Source of the DNA: Leptogorgia sarmentosa
Lineage: Eukaryota
DNA length: 64,000 nt
Assembly: GCA_964658305.1 (NCBI GenBank)
Contig: OZ210885.1
Span: 10,416,001-10,480,000 of the forward strand
Direction of reading: 5' to 3'
This document shows positions 49,621 to 62,367 of this stretch, piece by piece (the stretch's first letter is position 1; every line of letters starts with the position of its first letter). Below the pieces are notes generated by a model, which made no database searches, was not told the DNA's origin, and saw only the letters and a list, made by a program, of their open reading frames with translations. The translations under genes and the position numbers were made by a program.

Positions 49621-50559
49621 GGATTTTTTGCAGTGCACCCACACCATATATTATTGGAGATTGGAATCAAATTCAGTTAGACATTAAATAATCAATAATA
49701 TTAAGAATTTACAAAACTGTAGGAAGTAACGCTCTGTTCCATTGGAGTAAAGTATTTTTTGGTGTTAAGCATGAGATCGGTGCTTTGCAAATTCACAGAA
49801 CTTTAACAGTCTTTCTACTTTTGTTTTGCGAAGCGATGTTTTATTCTTTCTGGCATTGTAAAAAGGGCGTCAATGGACCGCTTACATAATAGAGAAAATT
49901 TTCAAAAACCTCGAAATAATATGCAATTCAAAATAACAGCGTTAAAGAGCATTCCAAAGTTAGTAAGATTGCAGAGTTTGGTTGCGAAATGGTATTAAAT
50001 GCGAGGAATATACCCCTGTGAAGTTTTAAGTTTTACGCAGACAAAATCAGCTAAAATTGATACCCTTTTAACGACAAGGGTATCAATTTGCCGCACAGAA
50101 TGGTTGAAACTCTCAATCCCAGGAAAATACATTTTGTAGCATGTAATAAAATGGATTTATGCGTTTATTAAGCGCGAGACAAAACAAACGAAATCATATA
50201 TAGTTTCAAGTATTCTGTTTTGAACCTACACACATACCGATCATACACTATAGCGTCCAGGCAAATGCTGCATGAATGGACAGAACATAGTGTATATAAA
50301 TATATTATTAAAATATGGTTTTGAAAAGAGTAAATTTGGTTTTTAGAAAGCCACATGTTTCACAAACAATCGCAAAGCGCTGTCTCTATTTTAAAGACCC
50401 AATGACATGCGATATCATATGTCGTCAAGTTTCAACTCCTTATGCAATTTTATATGATCGCGCGAATTCCGGAATGCGAGATAGTCATGAAAGCTTATAT
50501 GAAGTATTGAATACGTCTCACGTTTTAACCACGCCCAACCTCACGTCTTAAAATGTATT

Positions 50560-51575
50560 AGTATTTGCAACATTATCAATTTCAGAATGCTATTAGTAAA
50601 ATTTCAGAACCAGCTCAATTCTTCGTTCGTACCAGTGAATTATTTAAAAACGAAAGAATACAAGTAATGGACAGTTATGTATCAAATCAAGTGGGTAATA
50701 ATGAAGAGGAGTGGTCGCAAATTACTTCCATGGGACTGAACGGTCATCAGGTCTTATGGATACATTATTACAAGAAACCGATATTACACAAGATGGTGAC
50801 AGAATAATAAGTTTTGCACCAGGAGAAGGAATGCCTGTTCATTATAGCACTATATGTAAATGGGAATTGCGAAGCAAAGATAGAAGACTCGCGCAGTCTG
50901 TCCCAAACATTTTTAACGAACTAAAGAAATTACAGATCAGGCAAATTCAAGGAAGTGCAAGTCTTCATTGCGTAACTGTAAAACTAAAATTAAAATTTTT
51001 AAATCAGAAAGTTGTGTCAACAAGTTAATAAATTTGGTTGAAGGATTTGGAGTTTTAAGAAATTTACGCGGATCTCCTCCATACTTTGAAAGGTGTAAAA
51101 AAGATCTATTTGCCATGATTCGCCAGCTTGGTAAACCTACGTGGTTCTGTTCATTTTCAGCAGCTGAAACACGGTGGATTCATTTGACCAAAATTCTTGG
51201 TCGTCTTATAGACAATAAAGATTATAGTGATGACGAAATTAAACAAATGACATGGCAGAAGAAATCTGAACTGATCATGATGCAAAAAGATCCAGTCACA
51301 TATGCAAGAAATTTTTGACATATGGTACAATTATTCATTCACAACTTCATTAAAAGCCCAAGTCATCCAGTTGGAGAAGTTGTTGACTTCTTCTATCGCG
51401 TTGAATTTCCGCTAAGAAGTTCTCCACATATCCACGGCTTATTCGGGATAAAAAATGCTCCTGAGTATGGTAAAGATATATAGTGATGAAGATATTGCTG
51501 AGTTTGTCGATAGTTATGTTTCATGTAGAGCTGACTCAGATTATTTAACTGATCTCGTAAATTTACAAATGCAGA
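50560..51575 (+). pseudogene. Helitron/Helentron Rep (Helitron_like_N, HUH endonuclease) relic with stops and frameshifts
   Basis: ISFAPGEG; LRNLRGSPPYFERCKKDLFAMIRQLGKPTWFCSFSAAE; KDPVTYARNF*; FFYRVEFPLRSSPHIHGL (HUH motif). Confidence 0.9.
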
Positions 51576-52485
51576 TGAAACCATGACATTAATTTTGTTG
51601 AATTTTCTCAGAAGCTAAGTCAACAGAACAGCAGTATATAAAAGCTATAAGGCTACCTGTTATGCAGTATTTCATCTGTACTTCAACTACCAAATGTCAG
51701 CCACCAATGATCAGATAAGAGAACTATAGCACGATCGTAAATATGTCTGTGATCTCAACTTCCCGAAAATGACTATATACAATGAAAACTTCCAAGATTT
51801 TTTGAAGACACGACCAAAGAAGGATTATTCTTCCCAGAGCTGAAGTCGATATTTATGGACTTTATGCATAACCGCACATGTTGCATATCCTTCCCGTCGT
51901 AAAGAAAATTGCTAACTCAATGAAGAACAAATGCATACTATACTCTGTTAATCGTTGGTTGTGATGTCAATAATTGTAACTAGCAACTAAGCATGACAAC
52001 TGCTGGTATATAGCAGAATTAACCCTTGTCAGTTTAACATATGCGGAAATAAATCATTTCATAAATACTCGTTCCGTTATCATAAAATAAATTACTCATC
52101 TTTTTACTGTCACAATATAAAACAGAATAAAACATCATTTCAACAGTTGCAAAGCTTTCAAAAACGTTTTTTCAGTGTCTCATTTTCAAACTTTGATATT
52201 ACTTTATGTCTCCCTTATATGAAAGTCACTGAAGGGGAACGAAAATTTTGTTAAAACAATGAAAAACTTCCTTTACAAATTAGAAAGGGACTCATATGAT
52301 TAATTTTAAGAACCTATTGTGTTAATAATCAAGAAACAGATATATATAGTATAATCAGATAGGCCCGTTAGTTGTTCAATTTTAATTTTTCCCGGTCAAA
52401 AAATTGTCTTAATCTTTATATAGCTATTTTAAATGTTATGATTTTGTTACGTACGTCAATAATGTTGTGTAATTTTGTTTTACAG

Positions 52486-52731
52486 GCAGACTGCTATCTT
52501 ATGAAGAGTATCCGGGGATAAAGACGCTATTAGTGCAACTCCGTGCAACATGCACGGAGACTTGCCGTCTTATACCGGAATTCTCATGTTTAGATCATGG
52601 TGGCCCTGAAATCTTTCGAAAAACGTTTGATTCAAGGGTATGCTCATTAGCGACGTCCAATACCTCATCCGCTACTCTTGTCATTTGTGGTTTAAGGAAT
52701 GGTTCAATCACAATCTTTGATCTTGACACAG
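52486..52731 (+). CDS. STAND receptor exon 7: end of HD2 and first WD40 blade
   Basis: tttacag| phase 1 completes QLL-GRLL; ...LVICGLRNGSITIFDLDT; donor ACAG|GTAGGT. Confidence 0.92.
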
Positions 52732-53384
52732 GTAGGTAACCTTGTAGTAACGTATACTATGGATAAACTAATGGCAAGGTTTGGGGTTTTCAATAGTTTT
52801 TTTTTTCTTTTGACCGATCGTCAGTCCGGAAAAGGGATAAAACACAGATTCAATGCCGCCTCTGCTTGTAATTGTAATTATATGTGCAACCATATCCTCA
52901 CTCCTGAGCGGCTGCGCGATATACGTATATAAAAAACTGAGCAATTTTGAAATCGCTCTCAATTTCGCAAAACCATTCGGGTGACGTTATTAATTAACAA
53001 AACTTTGCAGTGCAAAATCACCCCTTGTCAAGAAACGTTGTACTAGCCTTCAGCTTCAATTCTTTTTGTTATCGCTGATAATGAACTAAGTAGATAAAAA
53101 GTTTAATAAAGTGCATGTTTAACTTACCTGCTGTCACATGTACAGTAGTTGATTACATCGGAAATTTACGGCGCTATAATCTCATGGAGCTCACTGGCCA
53201 CTGGCCTCAGGGCTCGTTCCATTATGCTTCGTATCACTCTAGTTATTGTGGCTATATGCTTCGCTTCAGTTATATATCGGTTGTTCTCAGATTACTTACG
53301 TGCTTCTCGGAATCGGCAAATAATTGATCCGCTCGCCAACGATAACTCGCGGTATTTCGTGCGACGTCGTCCAATAATTGATAG

Positions 53385-53745
53385 TAGGGACCTTAAGATG
53401 TAAAACGCCACAAACTCGACAACGGGGTCTAAATTTCAGCTTGAAAATGAGTGCTGACCTTTTTATGCTTTAAATAGATGTTGGAATTTTTTCAAGAAAC
53501 AGATACGCAGGTTCAGCTAAAGCAATGCGATCGTTGCTGCCGAGTCAACTTGAAGTTACAGCTCTCACGTTGTAATCAGTCTTCACGTTGCTTTGAAGAC
53601 GTTATAATGCTTAGCTTAACGTTGCGTTGATAACAACAAAGCCGTTGATACCACAATTTATGCTTGGTTTTTGTTCAGCATAAAAATTTGTTTGTTCGGA
53701 AAGCTCGTCGTCGAGTTGGTCACGTAATAGATCTTAAGGTCCCTA
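53385..53745. mobile_element. MITE with 15-bp TIR (Harbinger-like)
   Basis: TAGGGACCTTAAGAT/ATCTTAAGGTCCCTA. Confidence 0.75.
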
Positions 53746-54525
53746 ATCCTCTCCTACAAAATTGCTATGACACCATTTTTGAACTTATCCACAATGCAGT
53801 TGTCTTTCTATTAGGAATGCCAGAAAAGTCTGGTGATAGTTACAGTTTGATAAAATAAAAATAAACCACTGTATAGACGCATCATATTTCGCGCAAATAA
53901 GTAAGTATTAATAATATCACGCCATCCAAATCTCATTTCGTTACACGGATAATTATCCAAATTTTTCAGACCTGCAGCCCACTGCCCCGGTTTTTGAGAA
54001 AAGTTTCAGTTTTGGAAGCATAGAAATTCAATCATAACGTATATATTATGATTATATTATACACATATTCATACATGCCTTTTTTGCTAAGCAAAAAATC
54101 TTTGATCTTGGTTATTCATTGAAATGAGAATATAATTAATATGCAGTTGATATGGGTGAGGGAACAAAGGTTTACACTCAAAGTAATTGATAATTCATTA
54201 GAAAACAAGACGCCCGCTCTGGCGTTAGCTTGCGATGCGGTTACAGTCAGTGTTGATCGTCAAAGATCCTGTATGTACTACACAACTGTGCAACTAAATA
54301 TGAGGCTCAAGTTTAGACGTCAAACTTTTGTCGAATCAAATGCATTTCAAACAAAAAATAAACAGTCAACTCGTGACTTACTCGTCTAATTATCCATTAT
54401 TTGAATTGCATTTGACTTGGGGTTTTACTACATCCCGGGCGTTCTTTGCCGGCGCCCGCGATTAGCATAAAATTAGACAGCGGTTCAACAAGAAAGCATC
54501 ACAGCTTAGCATTGCTGATTTCTCG

Positions 54526-54655
54526 ATAGGTTAGGGTCAGATTACCGGCCGGGTTGGGGTTATTAATAAATAACCCCAACCCGGCCCGTAGTCTGACCCT
54601 AACCTATTTCTTGACAGGTTAGGGTCAGATTACGGGCCGGGTTGGGGTTATTAAT
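54526..54655. repeat. Forward-inverted-forward triplication of a ~39-bp unit
   Basis: aggttagggtcagattac[c/g]ggccgggttggggttatt at 54526 (+), 54569 (-) and 54616 (+). Confidence 0.92.
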
Positions 54656-56059
54656 CAAGCCTAAACTTTAAACAGTGGAATGGCACTTTGCAAAAGATGA
54701 AATATTGGTAAACGGCAAAAGTTTGAGTTGTAATTTGTGGTTCAACTTTGCTGTAAAACGAATGATCCATCACGCATGCGTATTAAATCACGCCTAGGTT
54801 TACTAAATAAATGGGTCCCACAATTTATGCTCAAGACAATAGTAATTTGAATATATAGGTAGTGACACTATTAACTATTGAATAATAGTTAAATGTTTTA
54901 GTGTGACGTAATTGCAAGACTCTGGAGAGTGACGAAATTACAGGCTTGAATACTAATGATCCAGGGGGAGAATAACTGAATAATAATGAGTTGCTGGTAG
55001 TTTTAGCGGTTGGCCGAGCGGGAGACTGCTGTCTACACGATTAAAAAAAAAATAATAAAAAAAATGCCGAATTTAAAGCTTGCTATGCTACGCATCGCAA
55101 GCAATTAGCCAATCATGTACGGTAGTCGTCGTAATATGATGATGTTTGAAATTTGGATTAGATACTTGAAGAGACATGTTCATCCATATAGTAAAATATT
55201 CAGTCATTTCTTGAACAGGATCAATGTTTAGTGGGTAAAAAATAATAAAATCTCACAAATGGCTGGAGGGAATGCTTTTGTCTTCAACATATTAATAAAA
55301 GTATAAAAATCAATTCGGACAGAGTGACATATTATTTCTTCTAACATACAATTATTAAGAAATCGTGTGCATAAATGATATCTGCCAATTTTAAAATGTG
55401 AAAGTTCAGTAATTACAAATACAAGTAGGACAACATTCCTGTGCAATCATTGGTATTCGCTGTATAGAATATTTCCTGTTTATAGCTTCATGCATCCTTT
55501 CCAATTATCTACTTTCTGTTCTACCACCAACATCAGCCACTAAATTTTAAGCACTAGTAAATATATTATAAGTTTCAGTAAACTGTTCGGCATTGACCGT
55601 TACTCTACCACTTTTGTTATCGAGGCAACAGGGACCGGTAGCGAGTCTTACCCAAGCGTTCATGTTGGCTCGATACCTATATCTATGGACTTACACAACA
55701 AAGATGAGGGCATATTTTTATGAAATCCCAAGAAGTAACGAATGAAAACACACGCCTGTAAAACACGCCACAGTAAATTCCGCAAAATTACAGTTATTTT
55801 GTTTTTAGTATTGAAGATCGTTTCGGTGTTTGTCTATCGCTTACATTGCTGTTTAAGTTGCTATAGGGACGTAATAGTATAAATGGAAGTTAACGGTGTA
55901 AACAGAGTGTAGCTGATGGGTTAGTTAATGTAGTTACTTGTCTGAATTATTTATTTTATCGCCGCAATGTTTTGAAAAATACTCCCAATGTAGTAACGAT
56001 GTGAGTGAAAATTACCTATTACACCCTTTTATATGCGTACTATCTTATTTTATAAACAG

Positions 56060-56278
56060 GTAGAGAAGTTCAACAACTACAGGGACATTCTCGCCACGTT
56101 AGCTGTTTGGCTGTGTCACAAAGTGGAACAATACTAGCGTCGGGGTCGTGGGACCGAAGTACAATCCTTTGGAGAATGGATAATTATGAACAGCTTTTTG
56201 TGTTCCAAGGGGAGAGAGCAGCTAATGCTCTGAATTTCAGTGCAGATGATCAGCGAGTGTTTATTGGAACAGACAATG
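56060..56278 (+). CDS. STAND receptor exon 8: WD40
   Basis: aaacag| phase 1; LQGHSRHVSCLAVSQSGTILASGSWDRSTILW; donor AATG|GTAAGC. Confidence 0.95.
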
Positions 56279-58302
56279 GTAAGCATCTTAAACACAAATC
56301 AAACAAGGATATCAAAATGTTGTTCAGAATAGGTAAACGAAAATTTGCATAAACGTTTTCTCGACTTCCGCTCTGCTTAAAAGTTAGTATTAAAGTGCGC
56401 GAGTTTCGATAAGAAATAAGATTTTGCTGACGTGTACGGATTTAACGGTTCTGAAGGAACGCCAGCAACGATGCCATTGGAGAAAAAATTAAATCCTTTT
56501 CATATCATGTTTGTCAAATAACTCCACAAATGATCATACTTTCGGAAATATGTTACCCTGCCGGTACCAAATTAAATATTGGAATACTTTTATTAAATTA
56601 AAATAATTATTTTTTCTTCAAATAAAAATACTTGAAAGTACGTTCACAAAATGTTTGTTTTACGTTGCAAATTCAGCGGCGTCAATCTCCAGTGTCGGCG
56701 CTCGGTTGAACCGTTGTGGATGGCCTCTTAATTATACCTCTTAGCTTCACATTTTTACTATGCTAACTCTACGAAATATTCTCCTGAATTCTGCATATGA
56801 TATGCATTTTAATTCTGTTATTTCTTATCGAACATATTATAGCTATTTAACATCTCTTCTGCTTCAATTATACCCAAAAGGCAAAAACGTTCGGTAAAAA
56901 GAAGCACACTAAGATAAGTTCCTATAAAGCAGAAACAATGACAACAGTAAAAGTTTGACTGTAATATATACAACAATTAATATACTGTCAACATCCAAGC
57001 ACAATTTAAAAGGCAACAAAATTGTTTCAGCTAGCTACTGAATGATATCAAACATTTTGTTAACTTCGAACTTTTTTGCATCTTCAGTTTCAATAAAAAA
57101 TTTTTGAATTTCACATTAGCCACGGTCCTGAAGAAACCTCTTCCCAGGGCCCCCGGCCAGGTTGGGCCCCTAGTAGTTACGCCACTGTGTACATCGCTAT
57201 TTACTAAAAAATTGGCTTCACATTTTAAAACAAGAACGTTTATGAAGCGGATTGATGCATATCGTTTCAGTTCTTGGGCTTCACGTAACGTTCCATATTT
57301 GAGTGGGAGTGCACTCTAAATAGCGACGCAGTCATCACAGTGAGTTAAATATTCACTGTATGTATTCAACTTGTGCTTCGTAGCGAATATGTGAAATTCA
57401 GAAGCATTTCGTCAGATTCGTGCAGCATAATGGTTAATACATTTTAGAAAAATGTATTACTTACGAAAAGTACTCTTCCTCTCCTACTCTCTCTCCCTGG
57501 GGGGGGGGGACAAAATTCCTGGAACACCTGTCATGTTTTTATGTCGTGTGCGAATAAACCAGAAGTGAGTTTATCCAAGACTGAAAAACCTACGAATAAC
57601 GCACCCTACGTAATCAAAGGCATGTTTTCCACGTGTTTCAGACTATTGCGCAACCTGATTTACCTGTTTTAGTAAATGCCGTGCGCGTGCGCAAATTTTT
57701 GACAATTGCAAAAAAGCTTGTAGAAATGTTATTATACGTGCAAATAACACGAAATATGCAAAATAAAAAGAACATAACACAGGTTTCATGACTATGCGGC
57801 TTCAAGGAGAAATAAGGACATGGAATTCAACATATAAGTTTTTCTCAGATAGATGCTAATATGCCTTACGTTTCCGACGATCAATCTTTATTTTTTTTGT
57901 GTTGTGTTTTAACCAGCATGCGACCCACCGTTCGAAAGATCATTTTATTAGGATTTCAATGGTGTTTGTTTTTATTTCGTGCGGTATATCCTCTGCAGCG
58001 AAAAAAAAATATTTAAAAATTTGTATTTCAACTTCCGGAAAAGTGTTGGAGAGAAAGAGAGCTCGTTTGTACATTTACAAACGTCGTCGTACATTTCAAC
58101 CATTTTTATCTGAATTCTTACCTGTAACCTGTTGTACATAATCGACTACATTTGGAAACGAAGTATATTTTCATTATTTTGAAGCGAAGCCCAACTGCCA
58201 TACATGGCCCTTGCTTCATGGTTGTAACTTTCGCGATCTGTAATCAAGTTTTACCAACAGTACCACTGGTATGGATGCCCTGTGCAATGCATACAATTTG
58301 AC

Positions 58303-58783
58303 CAGGGGCGTAGCGAGGGGGGGGGGGGAGGGGCTGTGGGGGGTGTGACACCCCCCCCCCAATTTTTTGGAAAATGGTCGGTAAATGAATTGCGGTCGGT
58401 TTTGAAGCCAAAGGGTCGGTAAATTTTCAATTTATGTCATTAAATCGCAGAGAGAGCAGAAAAGTAAAATATGTAAAAGTATATGTCTGTTGTCTATGTC
58501 CGTGTGCGATTAGTTCGCAAGCTGTGGTTGTACAACATCTAAGACCTCTAGACTCTATTCTGAGTGTTAAGGCTTTGGTTAACACTCTGAAATGGCCGTT
58601 TCCGGCGATCTAGAGGCTCTAAATTCACAAAATTTTCTCGCTCGACGCCAACCATGGTGGCGTCTCTTGAGACTCGCCCTCCCCGCCAAATAATCTGGCC
58701 TTGTCGTGCCCAAACCTATTTAGGTCGGTAAAATATTTTGCTTTACACCCCCCCCCTATCGGAATGGCTTCGCTACGCCACTG
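58303..58783 (+). mobile_element. hAT MITE copy 2
   Basis: Near-identical to 43764-44230; 8-bp TSD AATTTGAC at 58295-58302 and 58784-58791. Confidence 0.96.
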
Positions 58784-59243
58784 AATTTGACAACAATGTA
58801 GCTATGGTAGAGGGTGGGTTTATGAAATTTACAAACGGCATCGTATCGTGTGATTGGACCATGTTCACTAATTCTTTTTGTGGTTGATGCCAGGAACAGC
58901 AGTTTTACAACGTAGCTGTAGTAAAATGATTTCCTGGGAAAACCAGATACGTCTGTTTGAGTAGCACCTCTCAACCTTCGCCAAAAGTACAAATTGTTCA
59001 TATTCAAACAATAATTGCAACAGCTGGTTTGAGGATTCCAGCGACTGCGTATCTTCAAACCAGCGGTTAACTGTAAACGTCGTGTAGAGCGCGGTGAAAC
59101 GCAGTGTAAAAACATAAGCCAGCAACAGCCAGAGCATGTTCAGCGCCGGAGAGGGACACAATTAAAAACAAGATTTCACAAAATCGTCTAGGGTTAGACA
59201 TTATTGAAACATCAGTCTGACGAGTATCCATCATGCGTTGTAG

Positions 59244-59453
59244 GGCTGAAAGTGTATTGCGTATCTACTGGAGAAAACCTCTCAACAAGTATTCCTGAGG
59301 GAGTCACGTCGCTGTGTACGACCAAAGATGGACAGTTCATTGCTACTGTTGGATATGATGACAAGACTATCAAGTTGTGGAAAGCCGATACACTAAATTT
59401 TGAGGCCAGTTTTGTTGGCCATAAAGCTTGGGTGAAATGTGTTGTCGCAACAG
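59244..59453 (+). CDS. STAND receptor exon 9: WD40
   Basis: ttgtag| phase 1; GQFIATVGYDDKTIKLW...FVGHKAWVKCV; donor ACAG|GTATGC. Confidence 0.93.
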
Positions 59454-61072
59454 GTATGCAATACTGTATGAGTTAATATTTCATAACATTTTGAAGATCT
59501 TACTTTAATACAGTTTCTTCGTATTATTTTTGTTATTTTTTTCGGATAAAACATATTCTTTATTATAAACTTCCTTAATGGTTCAATAAAGCAAGGATTG
59601 GAGGGGAATATCATGTCTTGGAATAAATTTTCCCAATTATTGCACAAAAATACCTGCTTGCAACAGCATTCTAATATTGTAATTAAAAATTATGCCCAGA
59701 AAGAAAGCAATGTCTTTCCTTAATTGTTAGTATGGTGGTAACCAGTGCATTCATGTACAAGCAATATTTTAGGACTTTCTGATTTCTTTTAAATTTTTAA
59801 GCTGGTTGTATTTGTATATGCTAAGAGTATTTTAAAATGGCCAATAGATTTATCTATGCTAGCTTTCTAAATATACTTTGAGACAATTTGCTTGTGTGCG
59901 TATATTTCAACTGATTACACTGTGTTGCAGACCTTAATGTATAAATTGCAATACTGTACTAGTAGATTCAAAAGACTTGGCATTTATTTGGCATGAAGTG
60001 ACGGATGAAAGCCAACATGAATGTTTTTTATAAAGTAATATTGTTTTAGATATACTGTCCATTGCCAAGGTATATAGCCAGGTGTCGTTTGACATACCTT
60101 GTCCATCTTCACCTCAGATCCTCTTATTCCAACAGACAAAATTTATATAGTTTGACCTGTTTTATAATTGTTGTGACAAACGTTGTGCTGTACTGTTAGA
60201 ACTTGGTAGGTTAATTGCTTGGATAAATGTGATAATAATTGAATTTAATTGGTCAATTTTCACAGTTACTCAGTGACATGAAAGAGCAGCTAGGCAACAG
60301 TTAAGAGCAGTTGAACACAGTTATGTTCCCAAACATAAATATGAATACATGTGCAAACCAATAATCATGACATGAAATGCAGCAATGAAAATTTCCCATT
60401 GCGGTACATGCTATAGTGTACGTACTGTTCAGTACTGTTACACTCTGGTTTTGAGTAATTGCACCGACGCAGAGTTCTTACGATCTTTCATTAGACTTTT
60501 CCGTAACTTTACAGTACATAGTATTGATATAGGTTGAAATAGCAATTATAAATTTGGGTACTCGAATATTTCCTCAGGAAAAAACGTTTTAGACTTTTCA
60601 GAAGTTAAACTTCGTTTTAACACTTATATTATCATATCGTGTTCACAGACCAACACACACACATACACACACAAACAAACCAAGATGATTACATAACCTC
60701 CTCGCCGTGGTAATGAGCCTTAACACTGTGCAAAACTAACTGGAAGAATGGTGTTACTTTGCACAATTCATTCGTGATCATGACTGTTGTACTTGCCAGA
60801 CGGTTCGGCCATATTTTGAGTATTTCAACTGACACATTGGAATTTCTTTTTGCGTAAATTTCTCTTAAATATCCTAACGGTACCAACAAAATCAACTTTC
60901 TGTATAATTATGGACTACTATAGAATCCATTGCCTTGACTTGCAGAAGCATATATGAACATTTCTCCTGTCAGCGATCGAGTTATTGAATATATTTAGGA
61001 TATCAATATGTACTTTGCTTCCCCTTGTTTTTTTTGTGCCAGTTCGACTAAAGTGCAAAGTTTCTCTTTTAG

Positions 61073-61316
61073 ATTCAGGAAAAAACAATCCAATGCTTGT
61101 GTCTGGTTCATACGATGGGACAATAAAAATTTGGGATTTAAAACTATATAAAGAAATTCGTACTCTTAAGGGTAATGAATCCATTGTTACCAGTGTCGCT
61201 GTGAGCGATGATAAAAAGAATATTATCTCTGGAGACAGCAGAGGAAGTGCGAGGTTGTGGTGTTTGCACACTGGAAAGTGCCTTTCCTGTTATGAAGGTC
61301 ATATCAATGAGATCAG
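61073..61316 (+). CDS. STAND receptor exon 10: WD40
   Basis: cttttag| phase 1; LVSGSYDGTIKIWDL...IISGDSRGSARLW...EGHINEI; donor TCAG|GTGAGT, phase 2. Confidence 0.95.
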
Positions 61317-62134
61317 GTGAGTTCACTCTAGCAGCTATATCTAATTTAGCGAAAGGATCGTTAAGCGGGCATGGCAACAACGAAGACCCAATACATCACA
61401 TTAAGCTTAACATACAACACATTCTGTTTTGTGTAATTGTATTAATTTATTACGATATTTCACAGTCACACTTAGACGTACTGCTTCTTGAAATAGGTTA
61501 CTGATGAATTCAAAAGATAGCGAAGTTGAACACCATGAAAGTAATTTTCAGTCATCCATTTGTTCACAACGCTATAAGAATTTCTAGTTGTTACACTAAT
61601 ATACTGATTGGCTTCTGGCTATAGTCGTGCTTATTTGCAATGGACGACTTGGGCTTTAGAAAGATTTTAATGAGGGATAAACGTAGGAAATTCAGCGTAT
61701 GACATCCAATGCAACATAATTTTACCTGTTGTACATCTATCATTATCCTATCTTGTATTGCTGCTTTCGTTGATTTTCTGCCGTACTGAACTCTACAATA
61801 TGTCAATAGGGCTCCCGTTGATAACAGTGATTTTTATTACTGACGGGACTACCCTATGTAAATAAAGGTTTTATCTATCTATCTTCTTAATTGTTGTCGA
61901 CATAATAATAGAACGATTTTTGCTAAAGATAAAGTGACCATAGATGTAGTTTTCATTTGCATTAACATTCGATGAATAGGACATATTTCCCAGATCATTT
62001 ATGAATAAATTATACAGCATATTTTGATGATATGGGTTTCTTAAACTATCAATAGTCCGGCAGAGATCGTCTTTGCCATTTTTCGGTAGAAAAAATTATT
62101 GTTAGTAATAAACAATCAACTTGTAATATTTCAG

Positions 62135-62367
62135 CGGTGTTGCAATAATTCCCAAAGAAAAGAAGGTATTGACAGCGTCATGGGATGGAAGTATCAGGGT
62201 TTGGAACCTGGGAACTGCTGCGTACATGGAACAAAACAGTTTCTCTGATCATTCAAATGACGTCACAGATATTACAATCACTCGTGGTGACTCCAGATGT
62301 GTTTCCACATCTACAGATGGAACTTTCAAAGTTTGGAATCTTCACACACAGTGCTTTTCTTTCACAG
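62135..62367 (+). CDS. STAND receptor exon 11: WD40 (gene probably continues beyond the window)
   Basis: atttcag| phase 2; VLTASWDGSIRVWNL...CVSTSTDGTFKVWNL; donor ACAG|GTATAG. Confidence 0.93.

Larger units (their letters stand above)
46613..49635. mobile_element. EnSpm/CACTA-type (CACTG) non-autonomous element, ~3 kb
   Basis: Perfect 15-bp TIR CACTGCAAAAAATCC/GGATTTTTTGCAGTG, 2-bp CA duplication, dense subterminal TGAGTAA/TTACTCA motifs at both ends. Confidence 0.88.

Noticed and set aside
57120..57187. hAT-like terminus ttacgccactg with a GC-rich subterminal stretch
   Set aside because: No matching left end or TSD found; at most a fragment.
34817..62367. Assigning the gene symbol APAF1
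   Set aside because: No CARD is visible and the N-terminus is different; orthology cannot be established without phylogeny.
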